35,194 nt of DNA from Chiloscyllium plagiosum (taxonomy: Eukaryota): positions 10,092,170 to 10,127,363 of the forward strand of contig NC_057719.1 in assembly GCF_004010195.1 (NCBI RefSeq), read 5' to 3'. Shown piece after piece: positions 21,698 to 33,084 of this stretch. The number at the start of each line of letters is the position of its first letter. Position 1 is the stretch's first letter. The position numbers were made by a program, and so were the translations under genes. The notes beneath the pieces were generated by a model. The model was not told where the DNA came from and made no database searches. It was given only the letters and a program-made list of their open reading frames with translations.

Positions 21698-21875
21698 GTT
21701 GAAAAGTGTGGCACTGGAAAAGCACTGCAGGTCAGGCAGCATTCGAGGAACAGGAGATTGGATGCTTCGGGCAAACGTAGATTCTCCTGCTCCTCGAATG
21801 CTGCCTGACATGCTGTGCATTCCAGCGCCACTCTTTTTGACTCTGACTCCAGCATTTGCAGTCCTCACTTTCTCC
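21698..21875. mobile_element. Head-to-head inverted pair of Penelope terminal fragments
   Basis: 21698-21757 is the imperfect reverse complement of 21783-21841; both match 7160-7220. Confidence 0.9.
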
Positions 21876-22017
21876 AGTGATGAAATGAAGCTAGGAAGAG
21901 AGGAGGGGGAAACATCGAATGGCTTCTCCACATGGCTCCAAGGAGGGGATGTTAGTAATGCTCAGGTACAAGGTGGGAGGCATAAGAAGGCTGGTGGTAG
22001 GCTTGAGGTTTTCTGTG

Positions 22018-22912
22018 CTAGACCTCAGCTGGAATATTGCGAGCAGCAGAAGGATGTGAATACATTGGAGAGCATGCACAAGTTATTTACAAGAATGGTT
22101 CCAGGGATAAGAAATCTCAGTAGTTTTTATTTAAATTCATTCACAGGATGATGGCATCACTGGCTCAACCAGCAATTATTACTCATTCCTAATTACCCAG
22201 AGAGAAGTTAAGAGTTAACCATATTGCTGTGATCATGGCCACACTTTAAACACATCAGATAAGATTTGCAGTTTCCTTCCCTAAAGAACATTCATGAACT
22301 AGGTGGGTCATTCCTGACAATTGACAATGGATTCGCTGTCATCATTAGACTCTTAATTCCTCTTTTTTTAAAAATTAATGAATTCAAATTCCACCAGGTC
22401 AGGATCCAAACCCAGGTCCCTAGAACATTACCTATGTCTCTGGATTAATGGCCCAGTGATAATACCACTATGCCATCACCTCCCCTATCGTCATGCAGAC
22501 AGATTGAAGAAGTTAGGATTGTTCTCTCTGGAAAGGAGGGTAAGAAAAGACCTAATAGAGGTTTTCCAGATCATGAGCAGGCTGGAGAGAATAGCTCATT
22601 GGAAATGCTGGGAAAAAGGGTCAAGAATCAGAGGGCACAAATGTAAAGTAATTTGTAAAACGAGCAGATGGGATGCAAGATTTTGCTTTCGTTGATTGAG
22701 TAGTTAGGGTATTGAATGCACTGCCTGGAAGTGTGGTGGAGTTAGGTTCACTTCAGATTTTCAGTAGGATACTGGATGAATATGTGGAGAGAAAAGAATC
22801 TGCAAAGGTATGTAGAAAAAGCAGGAAATTGGCAATTGGTAATGATATCATTTGAACAGCTGGCAGAGACACAACGTATTAAGTGGTCTCCTTCTGTGCC
22901 CTTACATTTCTT
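22018..22912 (+). mobile_element. CR1 3' part split by a SINE
   Basis: RPQLEYC..KDVNTLESMHKLFTRMVPGIRN, resuming DRLKKLGLFSLERR..DLIEVFQIM after 22486. Confidence 0.88.
22124..22485 (-). mobile_element. SINE family B, full length
   Basis: Reverse complement similar to 15961-16302. Confidence 0.88.
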
Positions 22913-22959
22913 TGGTGATTGTTGTTGAAGACCTAGTATTTCCAGAATAGTTTTAGGAT

Positions 22960-23225
22960 GAAGAACGCATGGGATCAGATTCAAATTAATTGGGAAAAGA
23001 GATAACAGCAGAAGAAAATTGTCTCACATAGTGGGTGATTAAGGACTGGACGGTAATGCCCAAGACTGTGCATGCAGGCAAGCTTAATTGGGAGATTTAA
23101 AAAAGAATTAGATGGTTAATTAAAAAAGGAAGAATGGGCAGAGCTGCTGGGATGAAGGCAGGAGTTTTGATGCAAAGTAAATTGCTCCCTCATAGATCCA
23201 GTCAGGACAACAATGAACCTCATAG
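22960..23225 (+). mobile_element. Old CR1 3' remnant
   Basis: AGAAGAAAATTGTCTCACATAGTGGGTG..TGGACGGTAATGCC..TTTAAAAAAGAATTAGATGG. Confidence 0.55.
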
Positions 23226-23271
23226 CCTCCAGACTTGGTTAGCTGCTTCAGTTTGTGTCAAGTCCTAATGA

Positions 23272-23595
23272 TTTTTTTTATTTAATTTATTATTGTCATG
23301 TGTAGATACAGTGAAATGTTTTGTTTTGTGTGCAGTGCAGGGAGATCACACCATCCAAAGTGCATTTCACTCTGGAACAGAGTGAGGAATACAATGTCAT
23401 GGCTGCAGAGAAGGTACACGATATTAAATTTAAATTTTGAGAGGTCCGTTCGGTAGTCTAATAACAGCAGGAAACGTATGTTTCAGCTTTTGTACCTTCT
23501 GCTCGGTAGGAGAGGTTGGAAGAGATTATAACGAGGGCAAGAGTGACGTTGCCTCTCAATTCTGACACAGCAGAAAGTATAGATGGAGATGTATC
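23272..23595 (-). mobile_element. Non-LTR retroelement 3' end (Rex1/Babar-like, clade uncertain)
   Basis: TTTATTATTGTCATGTG..GATACAGTGAAA..TAGTCTAATAACAGCAGGAAA..TTTTGTACCTTCTGC recalled from fish Rex1-like tails. Confidence 0.45.
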
Positions 23596-24399
23596 AGACA
23601 ATGAAAACTGTCATCAGTGCAGCACCCCACCTTCGATTTTTAATGACAGTCTTACCTATTTGAAAGCTCAGTTGAAAATAAATGAGTGACAGAATTTGGT
23701 CAGCATCTCATTTCCCAGTGTGAGTATGGTTGAGAGAGCAAAAACAATGTAACAAAGGCAATACCAGAGTCAGTGTCATATTTGCCAGCGATTTATATGA
23801 TAGATGAAACCAAGATTTCAGAGAGACTCTTATTAGGTTGTTCTCATAGCAGAGCTTTTTGTAAAGGTTGCTTGGATTAAAAAAAAAAACGCCCTTTCAT
23901 GCCATCAAGATAAAATAGCTTGGTTCACTGCAAACTGTTCCAAACTTGCAAAGGATGAAATGTCTTAAATAAAATGTTAAGAGTGTCAAAACACACTGGT
24001 TGCAAAATACCACAAAGTACAAAATCATCACAAAAAGTTCAATTTATTTTTCCTTGCACTCCCATCACCAGGAGTAAAGGTAGACTGGCTTGGATGTATG
24101 TGGCATCCCATAACAACATGAGATAACTCAAATCCCTGCACAGGCAATAACGTGCTTTGAAGAACAGTCATTGCAGGAAATCACAGAAATGTTACAACAC
24201 AGAGGAGACCATTTGGCCCATCGTGCCTGCAGTGGCTTATTACAAATGAGAATCTTTGCCTTCTGCCAATTTCCTGTTTGTCCCATTGCATGTTATTTTT
24301 ATTCTAAATGTTCATCCAGTTTACTACATGCAGCACATAGGTTATGCTTCAACAGGTAAAAATGTGATCATGACCAAACCAACTGGTTTTTGTTGTGTC

Positions 24400-25258
24400 A
24401 ATTGAGGAATGAATATTGGTCGGGAGAGCATTGTAACTTCCTTCCATTTCTTTGCATTTTTACCGGAAGGAACACTCATCGCCTGTCTGTACAAGGAACT
24501 AAAAGTTAGCATGCAGTCACAGTCACAATTAGGAAGATAAATATCATGTCGGCTTTTGTTGCAACTGGCTCGGAGTAAAGGAATAGCGAAGCGTTGCTGC
24601 AATTGAACATGATTTTGGGGAGAACGCACCTGGAAAATTGTGTTTAGTTTCAATCTCCATGTTTAATGGAGGATAAACTTGGATTGAATGCAGCTCAGGC
24701 TTTGTTAAAGTGGTCCCTGGAAATGAGAGGCTGAAATTGGGCCTGTACTCTCCAGAGTTTAGAAGAATGAGAGGTGATCATTCTGAAGCAGCTTGATTGC
24801 GCGGACACAGAGATTGTTCCTGTTGGTCGGGGAGTCTGTGATACGGGAGCATAGTCTCAGGGCAAGGGGACTATTATTTACAACTATGATGAGGAGATGC
24901 TTCATCATCCAAAGAGTTGTGAATTCCAGGGGGCTGTGGATGCTCCAAGGTAGAAAACATTTAAGGCTGAGACAAATACATTTTCAGTTTCTCAGGGAAT
25001 CCAGGCAGATAGGGAGTGATCAGGAAACTGGAATCAAAGCCCAAGACCCGACTTGGTCGTAGAGCAGGCTAAGTGAGTGCAATGGTTTACTCCTGCTCAT
25101 CTTTATGTTCTTGTGCCTTGATGACCTTAATCTTTAACTTAACTCATTTAAAAAACAGCATGTCTGACAGGACAGCACTTGTTCAGCACTCAACTCTCAT
25201 TTTACATTCCACTCGAGACTCCAGGTGAGAATTTGAATTCACAACTTTTTGGTCAGCA
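24400..25258 (-). mobile_element. DeuSINE-like element split by a CR1 (parts ~24400-24470 and ~25116-25258)
   Basis: GAGGAATGAATATTGG..AACTTCCTTCC, then ACAGCATGTCTGACAGGACAGCACT..TTGAATTCACAAC. Confidence 0.55.
24490..25115 (+). mobile_element. CR1 3' part, degraded
   Basis: GAGTTTAGAAGAATGAGAGGTGATC; MRRCFIIQRVVN; tail TACTCCTGCTCATCTTTATGTTCTTG. Confidence 0.82.
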
Positions 25259-26389
25259 TGTTCACATTTGTTTTCCTAAGGGTGGGGACAATCCTGTCGT
25301 TAGGAGGTGATGAACATGGGTGTTCCCCATGGGCCAGGGAATACAACAGAGTGCCTGCCAATTAAAGCATGAAGAGTTCAGAGCCAAGGTGAGGGTGAAT
25401 ATCCCATCCTATCAGATGCCTCGACAGGTGACGTTACCAGAAGGTCCAGACCAACCAGAGACCGGCAACCTCTAGGTTCTAAATTATGCGGTTTGAGGCC
25501 TACTCTGGATATGATCAAGCCATGAGAAGGTAAGATTGTTTTTAAACCCTTCTTTCCAGAGGGAGGGAGGGATGTGGGAGGGTGACTTTCCAAGAAAGAC
25601 ACCTCGTCCCTCATTTGCGCTGCCACCAATCAGAATAATTAGAGGCCACCCCCATCAACTGGGCAGGCTGGTCGCTGTAGTTTCCCAGTCAGGAAACTAG
25701 CCACAGTTTCCATCCACCAGGGCATCAGGTGGTAGAGGAGTCGACTGAGTTAAGGCCCCGAAGTTGACGTTAATTGATCACTTTAACAGCCTGAATCATT
25801 GGTGCATTGAACAAGTTGGCCATGGACATTCTCGCCCAGCACGTAACTGCAAAAGGTGGCCAGAAGGGGACGTGTTTCTCTTCAGGGCAAATTCACCTCA
25901 ATATTTCCCCTTTCTGTCACCTTATAACCCCCAAGGAGAGGAAAATCCATCATCTGTCTCAGAGATTAGTGGGCTATCTAATGAAGCCAGAACAAAGTCA
26001 GCTTGGAGAAATAAGACAACACAATAAACTTACTATTCACTCAGTTAGTTAACCACTAGTCTTAAACATTATGTCATCTGAAGAAACTACTACTTTTTTA
26101 TTCTTGCATTAAAAATATTCTTTAAAATTCTAGCTATTTAAAAAAATTGCATCACCAATACTTTAACACAGCATTAAATCATGCTCCCCAATCCAATAAA
26201 GAAAATTACCTGCAGCTGAGAAAATAAGAATCTCAATAAAACAGAAATTCAGTGTCTTTTCCAAATTTAGTCACTTTAATAAAGATTTAAGATTTTCTTC
26301 ACAGAAACTGCATCCAAATTAAACCGCCCGGTCATTCCCTTTTTAGACCATGTCATTTTGAAGTGTTACTGGACATTATATAACACAAA

Positions 26390-26790
26390 ACATAAATGAG
26401 CATCACAGCAAGAGACCAATCAGCCCAAACTCTGTGCAGACTCCTTCTGACTTCTAACGAGTCCCCTTTCCTTCCGCAATCAGAACGATCTCAACTTCTG
26501 AAATATTTCTGCTTCAATTAAGTTCATCATCCCTGGAATCCTTTTTTGGATATCTTTACCTTAGTTTCTTTGATGCCTTTTTCATCCCTCTCAAGATCTC
26601 GCCATCTAATGTCTACTTGCTTGCCTGCTTTCCCTTCCCCAGGTGAATTACCTCATACACCCCCATACTGAATTCTATTTCCTAATTACCTGCCCACCTG
26701 ACCAAACCTTTGACACTTCCTTACAGCCTCCTTCCTCATTATCAACCACAGGACTAATGTTTGGAAACACCTTAATCTTGCCCTCTACTG
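26390..26790 (-). mobile_element. Very old CR1 remnants
   Basis: AGACCAATCAGCCCA tail; TTACCTCATACAC..TGAATTC..CCTGCCCAC..CTCATTATCAACCACA resembles reversed RT region. Confidence 0.45.
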
Positions 26791-27411
26791 GACTTCTAGA
26801 ATGCTGTATAATCTCAAAAAAAAGTCAACCAGCTCAGAGCCTGGTGGGACTCCACAGAAACAACATCAGTGAACCACTTCATTTTGCTTCTTGCTATCAA
26901 AACGATTTTGCAACTCCTCAGGTAACACTCTGCCTCTGTTTTAAATGATAGCAGAAGTATAATGTTAGCAGCTTTTCGGCAGTCGTAACCATGAAGATGG
27001 GAAAGTGATGGTCGGAGATGGACTCCAGTATGCTCCTCTCTTTGTCTCTCAGCAGCCTTGGGATTTACTCCAACTGGGACTGATGTTTTAATGCACTTTC
27101 AAAGGTGCGTAATGCCTTAATTCTTCAATTTATTAATGGAACAAAGTGCTTGCACTGTTTAAAATGGGACATTGGTCTGATAGCACACATTTTATTTCCC
27201 CGTGTAAGATCACTTACGATCCCTAAAGCACAAAAGGAAAAAAAAAACACAAGGATGATACGGTTTGAAGACTAGAAAACAGCAAAATCATTAATCCAGC
27301 CAATACTGAATTTTGCACTGTGGAATTTAATCAGCTAACCTGGAATATTGCACCAGGGAGCGAAGAAAAAGATTCTCACAGTCGTCTTGCACCTTTCACA
27401 ACTTCCAGATG

Positions 27412-28205
27412 ACTCAGCAGTGCAAAAGGTAAGGCTGAAGCATTCGCAGATATCATCAGCCAGAAGCTCTGGGTGGATGATCCACCTCAGCCTCCTCCAG
27501 TGGTCCTCAGCATCACCGATACCAGTCCTCAGCCAATTCGATTCACTCCATACGATATCACAAAACTGTTTGAGATACTGGATACTGCAAAGGCTGTGAG
27601 TCCTGGCAACATTCCAGCAATAGTACCGAAGACGTATGCTCACCTAGCCAAGCTCTTCTAGTGCAATTAGAACACTGACATCTACCCAACAATGTGGCAA
27701 ATGGCTCAGATATATCCTGTACATGAAAAGCTGATTACCACCTCCTCAGTCTACTATCGATCATCAGTGGAATGATGGAAAGTGTCACCAGAAGTGCTGT
27801 CAAGCAGCACCTGCTCAGTGATGCCCAATTTTGGGTTCTGCCAGGGTCACTCAGCACCTGACCTCATTCCAGCCTTGGTCCAAACACAGAAAAAGCAGCT
27901 GATTTCCAATTGGGAGGAGAGAGTGACAGCCCTTGATCTCAAGGATGCATTTGAACTGGTGTGGCATCAAGGAGGCCAAGCTAAACTGGAACCACTGGCG
28001 ATCAGTGGCAAACTCTCCACTGGTTGGAGTTGTACCTGGCAGTGTGCACTACAGACACTGCCAAAATTCACCAAAAATCCTCACTTAGCCCCTTCCAAAC
28101 TCATGACCACTTCCATCCAGAAGGACAAGGGCGGCAGATACATGGAACACCATCATCTTCTAGTTGCCCTCCAAGCCACTCACCAACTTGACTTGGAAAT
28201 ACATC
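27412..28205 (+). mobile_element. LINE family B (CR1/L2 group) RT fragment, internally deleted
   Basis: DITKLFEILDTAKAVSPGNIPAIVPK; FGFCQGHSAPDLI..TALDLKDAFELVWHQG. Confidence 0.88.
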
Positions 28206-28285
28206 CCACTCCAGCCATTTGGCAATGGTGTTAAATGGCCCACTACCTACATAATTTACATTTAGTTGCTGCTCCTTTTTACAGA

Positions 28286-28358
28286 AAGACTTGCTGAGTT
28301 TCTCCAGCATTCTCTGTATTTGTTCTGGATTTCCAGCATCTACGGTAACTTGTTTTTA
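28286..28358 (+). mobile_element. Short Penelope-type terminal fragment
   Basis: GACTTGCTGAGTTTCTCCAGCATT..GATTTCCAGCATCTACGG. Confidence 0.6.
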
Positions 28359-29404
28359 TTCTTTGCAACATCTGGTGGTTGTGAAAGGTGGAAGTCTCTT
28401 TTAATTCTTTGTGTAATAATCCAGACCAGTTGATAAATTCCACAGGGTAACCCTGAAAAATCAAATTTTGCATGGTCTAGACAAAAGAGTTTGCCGTTAT
28501 TCTAATCTTCAGACTATCACATCTGTTTTTAAATTTTGTGCTTTAAGGATAGTAACCGAAAGCACACATTTTACTCCCATATCAGGTCAATGGCCCATTT
28601 TAAACAGTGCAAACACTTTACTCCATTAATATATTGAGGAATTAAGTAAGCAAACCATCAGTCCTAGATGAAATGAATCCTAGGCTGCTGACAGAAGAAA
28701 CAGCAGACATCATGGAGATGATCTCTCACCATCAGTTAAAATGTAAAATGTCTTTTCATGGTCCTGTCAGAAATTAAGTGGAACTTTGCATTTTTGTTAA
28801 AGTTATTTGCAAGTCTATGGGGATCACAGCACTCAAATATTGGATGTATATCTGGTGCAATATTTGACGTCATGCACAGTTCTTCTTTCATCTCACAGAC
28901 AGACACAATCGTTTTGGGTTCATTCGGAATGAAAAAAATGAGAATCCGATTTCAGAATTGTGGGTTTGATCAGCTGATTGAGAGAGACTAAGTGCTTTTA
29001 AAAACTAACCGCTCACTTCAAACAGAAGGCTAACTAGAATAGCAATGACCTAAAGATTCAGGTTTCTTTGATGAATTCTCAAACCTGAAATCAGAATCTA
29101 CAATCTGGACAGCACCCTTCACTTAACTCCAGCTCAACACAAAATTGCATGTACTTTCTTAATTGAATTGTATTGATCAGCCTTCCCAAGAGGAAAAAGA
29201 GCTTTATCTAAGCACTGCAGTCAATTTCATGAATATTGCTTGGCATATTTGCAGATAGGTAAGTTATGTTTCAAAGTTTACATGTGCATATATTATGACT
29301 ACTACCTTCCAAAATATTTTTTGTCTTACATAATTCATGCCCATCAGTGGTTCAGCTGTCAGTGAACTTCCCATTCATTGCTGCCGATTTGGAAGAAAAC
29401 ATGC

Positions 29405-29530
29405 TTATTTGTTATCAGGATTAGGCTGGAATGTGGACTTGAGGTTACAATTGGACTCACCATGATCTTATCAAGTGGTTCAGCAGACTCGAGGGGCCAA
29501 ATGGTCTACTCCTGCTCCTTGTTCATATGT
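29405..29530 (+). mobile_element. CR1 3' tail
   Basis: CCATGATCTTATCAAGTGG..CTCGAGGGGCCAAATGGTCTACTCCTGCTCC. Confidence 0.75.
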
Positions 29531-29589
29531 ACAAGGCAGCAAAATGGGGTTAGAGTACCAGATGTGTAGCCATCAGACAGTGAACTCAC

Positions 29590-29858
29590 CAAAGCTCCTC
29601 AGACTGCATCAATCAAACCCATGGCCACTCCCAACTAGAAGGATGAGGGCAGCACCTGGACGTTGTCCTACAAGCCACACACAATCCAGACTTGGAATTA
29701 TGTCACTGTTCCTTCAGTGTCACTGGGTTTAAATCCTGGAATTCCCTCTCTACCAGCCCTGTAGGAAAAGGGACTGCACCAGTTCAAGAAAGCAACTCAA
29801 CCTCGAGGACAACTGGAGATGGGCAATAAATGCTGGCCCAACTAACAATGCCCACATC
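29590..29858 (+). mobile_element. LINE family B 3' end
   Basis: AAACCCATGGCCACT..GACTTGGAA..ATCCTGGAATTCCCT..GGGCAATAAATGCTGGCC. Confidence 0.78.
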
Positions 29859-30019
29859 ATTCTTTTATTTCAAGGTCACTTCAGCAGAATGATTCATTTA
29901 AGTTTGGTTTAGCAGAAATATTGTTATGCGCGGTCTTGCCTATTTGCAATTGGCTGTGTCTTTAGCTGTGCAGACCACAAGCTCTAGAGTGGTCTTCCCA
30001 GGGGCAACACTGTCCCCTT

Positions 30020-30168
30020 CAAGGCACACCTTTTAAACAAGATCTCGGCCAATTCCTGAATATCTCCTCTGTGTCTTGGTGTCGTATCTTGCTTGATAAT
30101 ACTCGCAGGAAGTCCTTGAGATGTTTTACGACATGAAAGGCACTATATGAATGCATGCTGCTGTTGTT
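30020..30168 (+). mobile_element. L2 3' tail
   Basis: ATATCTCCTCTGTGT..GATGTTTTACGACATGAAAGGCACTATATGAATGCA; similar to 4830-4930. Confidence 0.6.
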
Positions 30169-31342
30169 TCATGCGATGGAATATAAACATCTGACATTAG
30201 CCATTTAGAACCTGACTTTCCGCAGACTGCATAATAACACTTGGGGAGTCCAAATCCAGATTGACGGAACGAGTGCTGCCTTTCTCACTGTTGCATTGAA
30301 GGTTCAGAAATGAAATGGGTTTGGCAGTCTATCCAGATTCTTGTGTACATGTTGAATCCATAGTTTAAAACTGACAGCCGTTCAGCTCTAATTGACATAA
30401 ACGTCAGTCTTGCTCTGAAGAAGCTCAAATAATGGATGGCAAGAGAAATGGATGTGTCATTGTTGTACAGTAAAAGGTCCTCTGAGGTTCAGAGATAAAA
30501 GGATGTTCTCAAGCATAAATGCTTCTCTGTACCTCACCCATCATGCATCAGCAAAAAAAAACTGGAGGACTGCTGCAGAAGGAAAGACCAATGATTTTTT
30601 TCCAATAGGTGGCAAGAGTTATCAGGCATCTTATCAATAATGTGCAAAATTCCTTGGCTGGTATTGAAGACTTGTAACATTTATCCCAGCAAAACCTTAT
30701 TTCCCCAAACTGTTTCAAAAACCTTTCCTATCTTGATAGCGTCGGAAAAAATACAGGAGAGCTGATGAAACCTTTGCAGTTGAAATATTATCCTGTCCTT
30801 TCCTTCATGATACTAATGAATATACAGTGCACCTCCAGCATTTTCTTCCTCTATTTTAAGTTTCTAGAATTTGCAGCTATGTTCCATTTATCCCATGCTG
30901 GTGACTGGATCATTTTGTGCACTGGAATTGACTGGCCAACAGGCAGTAAATTCCCAGCAGGATTCCACATTCCGATGACATTACCGAGAGTGATCCACTG
31001 TTAGCGTTCACTCAATTCCTGGCACTTTCATTGTGGGATTAAGAACAAAGAATAGAGCCAAACATGAAACAATAATCCTGTGGAGGGGCTGGTTATTTCA
31101 GTCATCTGGATGGTGAGCAGGAGTTTCCATTCCCATTCCGGTTGAGATAGACATAGACCTGCCTTATTTTGCAAAGTAATGTCCTAAGTATCCAATTGTT
31201 TGATAGACAATGATGCCTATGGTCCCCTGTGAATCATGGGTAATTATCTACCGACCTATTATTTTGCACTTCTCACAAGAATCAAGGAAAAGAAAAACCA
31301 CACTTAATCCTTACTTATCATCGCACTGCCTGCAACCATACA

Positions 31343-31756
31343 GTCATAGAGATGTACAGCACAGAAGTAGACCCTTCGGTCCAACTCATCCATGCTGGCA
31401 AGATATCCTAAATTAATCTAGTCCCATTTGCCAGCACTTGGCCCATATCCCTCTAAACCCTTCCTATTCATATACCCATCCGGATGCCTCTTAAATGCTG
31501 TAATTGTACCAGCCTCCACCACTTCCTCTGGCAGCTTATTCCATACACGCACCACCCTCTGTGTGAAAAGGTTGCCCCTTAGATCACTTTTAAATCTTTC
31601 TCCTCTCACCTTAAACCTATGCCGTCTAGTTTTGGACTCCCTTAATCTGGGAAAGGACCTTGGCTATTTATCCTATCCAGGTCCCACATGATTTTATAAA
31701 CCTCTAAAGTGACCCCTCAACCTTCAACGCACCAGAGAAAATAGCCCCAGCCTATT
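31343..31756 (-). mobile_element. CR1 3' end, young
   Basis: RGERFKSDLRGNLFTQRVVRVWNKLPEEVVEAGTITAFKRH.DGYMNRKGLEGYGPSAGKWD*. Confidence 0.95.
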
Positions 31757-31799
31757 AAATATATGATTGTAACTACTTGCACCCTTTCAAAATATACTT

Positions 31800-32205
31800 A
31801 CATACTCACTGGAGTTAAGAATGAGGGGGGTTGCAAACAAACCTACTAACTTCTATCAGGATTAGATAGTCAGTGCAGGATGGATGTTCCTGTTGACTGA
31901 GGTGCCCAAAACCAGGGGACACTATCTCCAAATGTAGGGGAGGCTACTTAGGCCTGAGATAAGGAGAAATTTCTTCCCCTAGAGAATGGCGATCCTGTGA
32001 AATTCTCTTCCTCAGGAAGTTATTGAGGCTAAAACATTGAATGTTTTCAAGAAAGAGTTAGAGACAATTCTTACGGCTAAAGGAATCAAATGGATGGGAA
32101 GGAAACAGGAACAGAGTACAGAGTAAGATGATCAACCAAGATCACACTGAATGTTGGAGTACTCGCGAGGGGTTGTATGACCCACTTCTACTCCTATATT
32201 CTATG
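31800..32205 (+). mobile_element. CR1 3' end
   Basis: GAGATAAGGAGAAATTTCTTC..TTGAATGTTTTCAAGAAAGAGTTAG..CTACTCCTATATTCTATG. Confidence 0.85.
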
Positions 32206-32304
32206 TTGCTATATCTCTGCATATTATCAATAATAGCTCTGAATGTTTTTTTTGCATTAAGTTGGGAGAGCTTCAGGCCTCGGTCCTTCTCCTATGGCAA
32301 TCAT

Positions 32305-32828
32305 GGGGATGGCACGGTAGTTCAGTGGTTCGCACTGGCACCTCACTGTGCCTGGGTTCGATCCAGCCTTGAGCGACAGTCTGTGTGGAGTTTGCACAGT
32401 CCTCCCATGTGAGGTGTATTTTCTCTAAGTCCTCTGGTTTCCTCCCACGGTCAAAAGATGTGCAGGTTAGGTGGATTGGCCAAGGGAGGTGCAGGGTTTC
32501 AGGGATTCATTGCCACGGAGTGCAGTGGAGGGCAGGATGTTAAATGTCTTCAAGACAGAGATTGATAAACTCTTGATCCCACAGGAATTAAGTACTACAG
32601 GAAGAGTGCAGGTAAGTGGAGTTGAAATGCCCACCAGCCATGATTAAATGGCAGAGTGGACTCGATGGGTTGAATGGCCTTACTTCCACTCCTATGGCTT
32701 ATGGATGGTGTAAGGGGATAGGATGGATGGATGGTTGTAGGATTGCCTGGGTAGGCTGCTCTTCAGAGGGTCAGCATGGACTCGATGGGACAATTGGCCT
32801 GCTTCACACTGTAGAGATTCTATGATTC
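32305..32828 (+). mobile_element. HE1-type SINE split by a CR1 3' fragment (32503-32704)
   Basis: HE1 head and V-domain to ~32502; insert closely matches 4190-4395; HE1 tail resumes to GATTCTATGATTC. Confidence 0.9.
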
Positions 32829-33084
32829 AACGACCTCCTTCTATTAAGATACAACCACTTTCATTCTTCGGCCGGTAATTCTGCACTCTTTGCCAAACTC
32901 CCACGTATCACACAGCCTCTGTAACTGTTTCTTGAGAAATAAGAAATGAGAGTAGGAATAGGGACAGTCCTTGTGGAGACAAAGCCCAGCCATCACACTG
33001 AAAATATCCTCATTGTATTGTGTGGCACCAATGTAATTGGTGCAAAATGTAATAGAGATCTACCAACTCAAAACTGCTTATCCA

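Larger units (their letters stand above)
27006..28734. mobile_element. Foldback-like element with long diverged inverted arms (27006-27411 and 28369-28734)
   Basis: Colinear inverted blocks, e.g. TTGCACTGTTTAAAATGGG with CCCATTTTAAACAGTGCAA, CACCTTTCACAAC with GTTGTGAAAGGTG, TAAAGCACAAAA with TTTTGTGCTTTA. Confidence 0.85.

Noticed and set aside
21693..22151. 152-aa ORF
   Set aside because: Chimera of Penelope hairpin, spacer and CR1 fragment.
28880..28991. Exon candidate after TTCTTCTTTCATCTCACAG
   Set aside because: No good donor before stops and no recognisable peptide.
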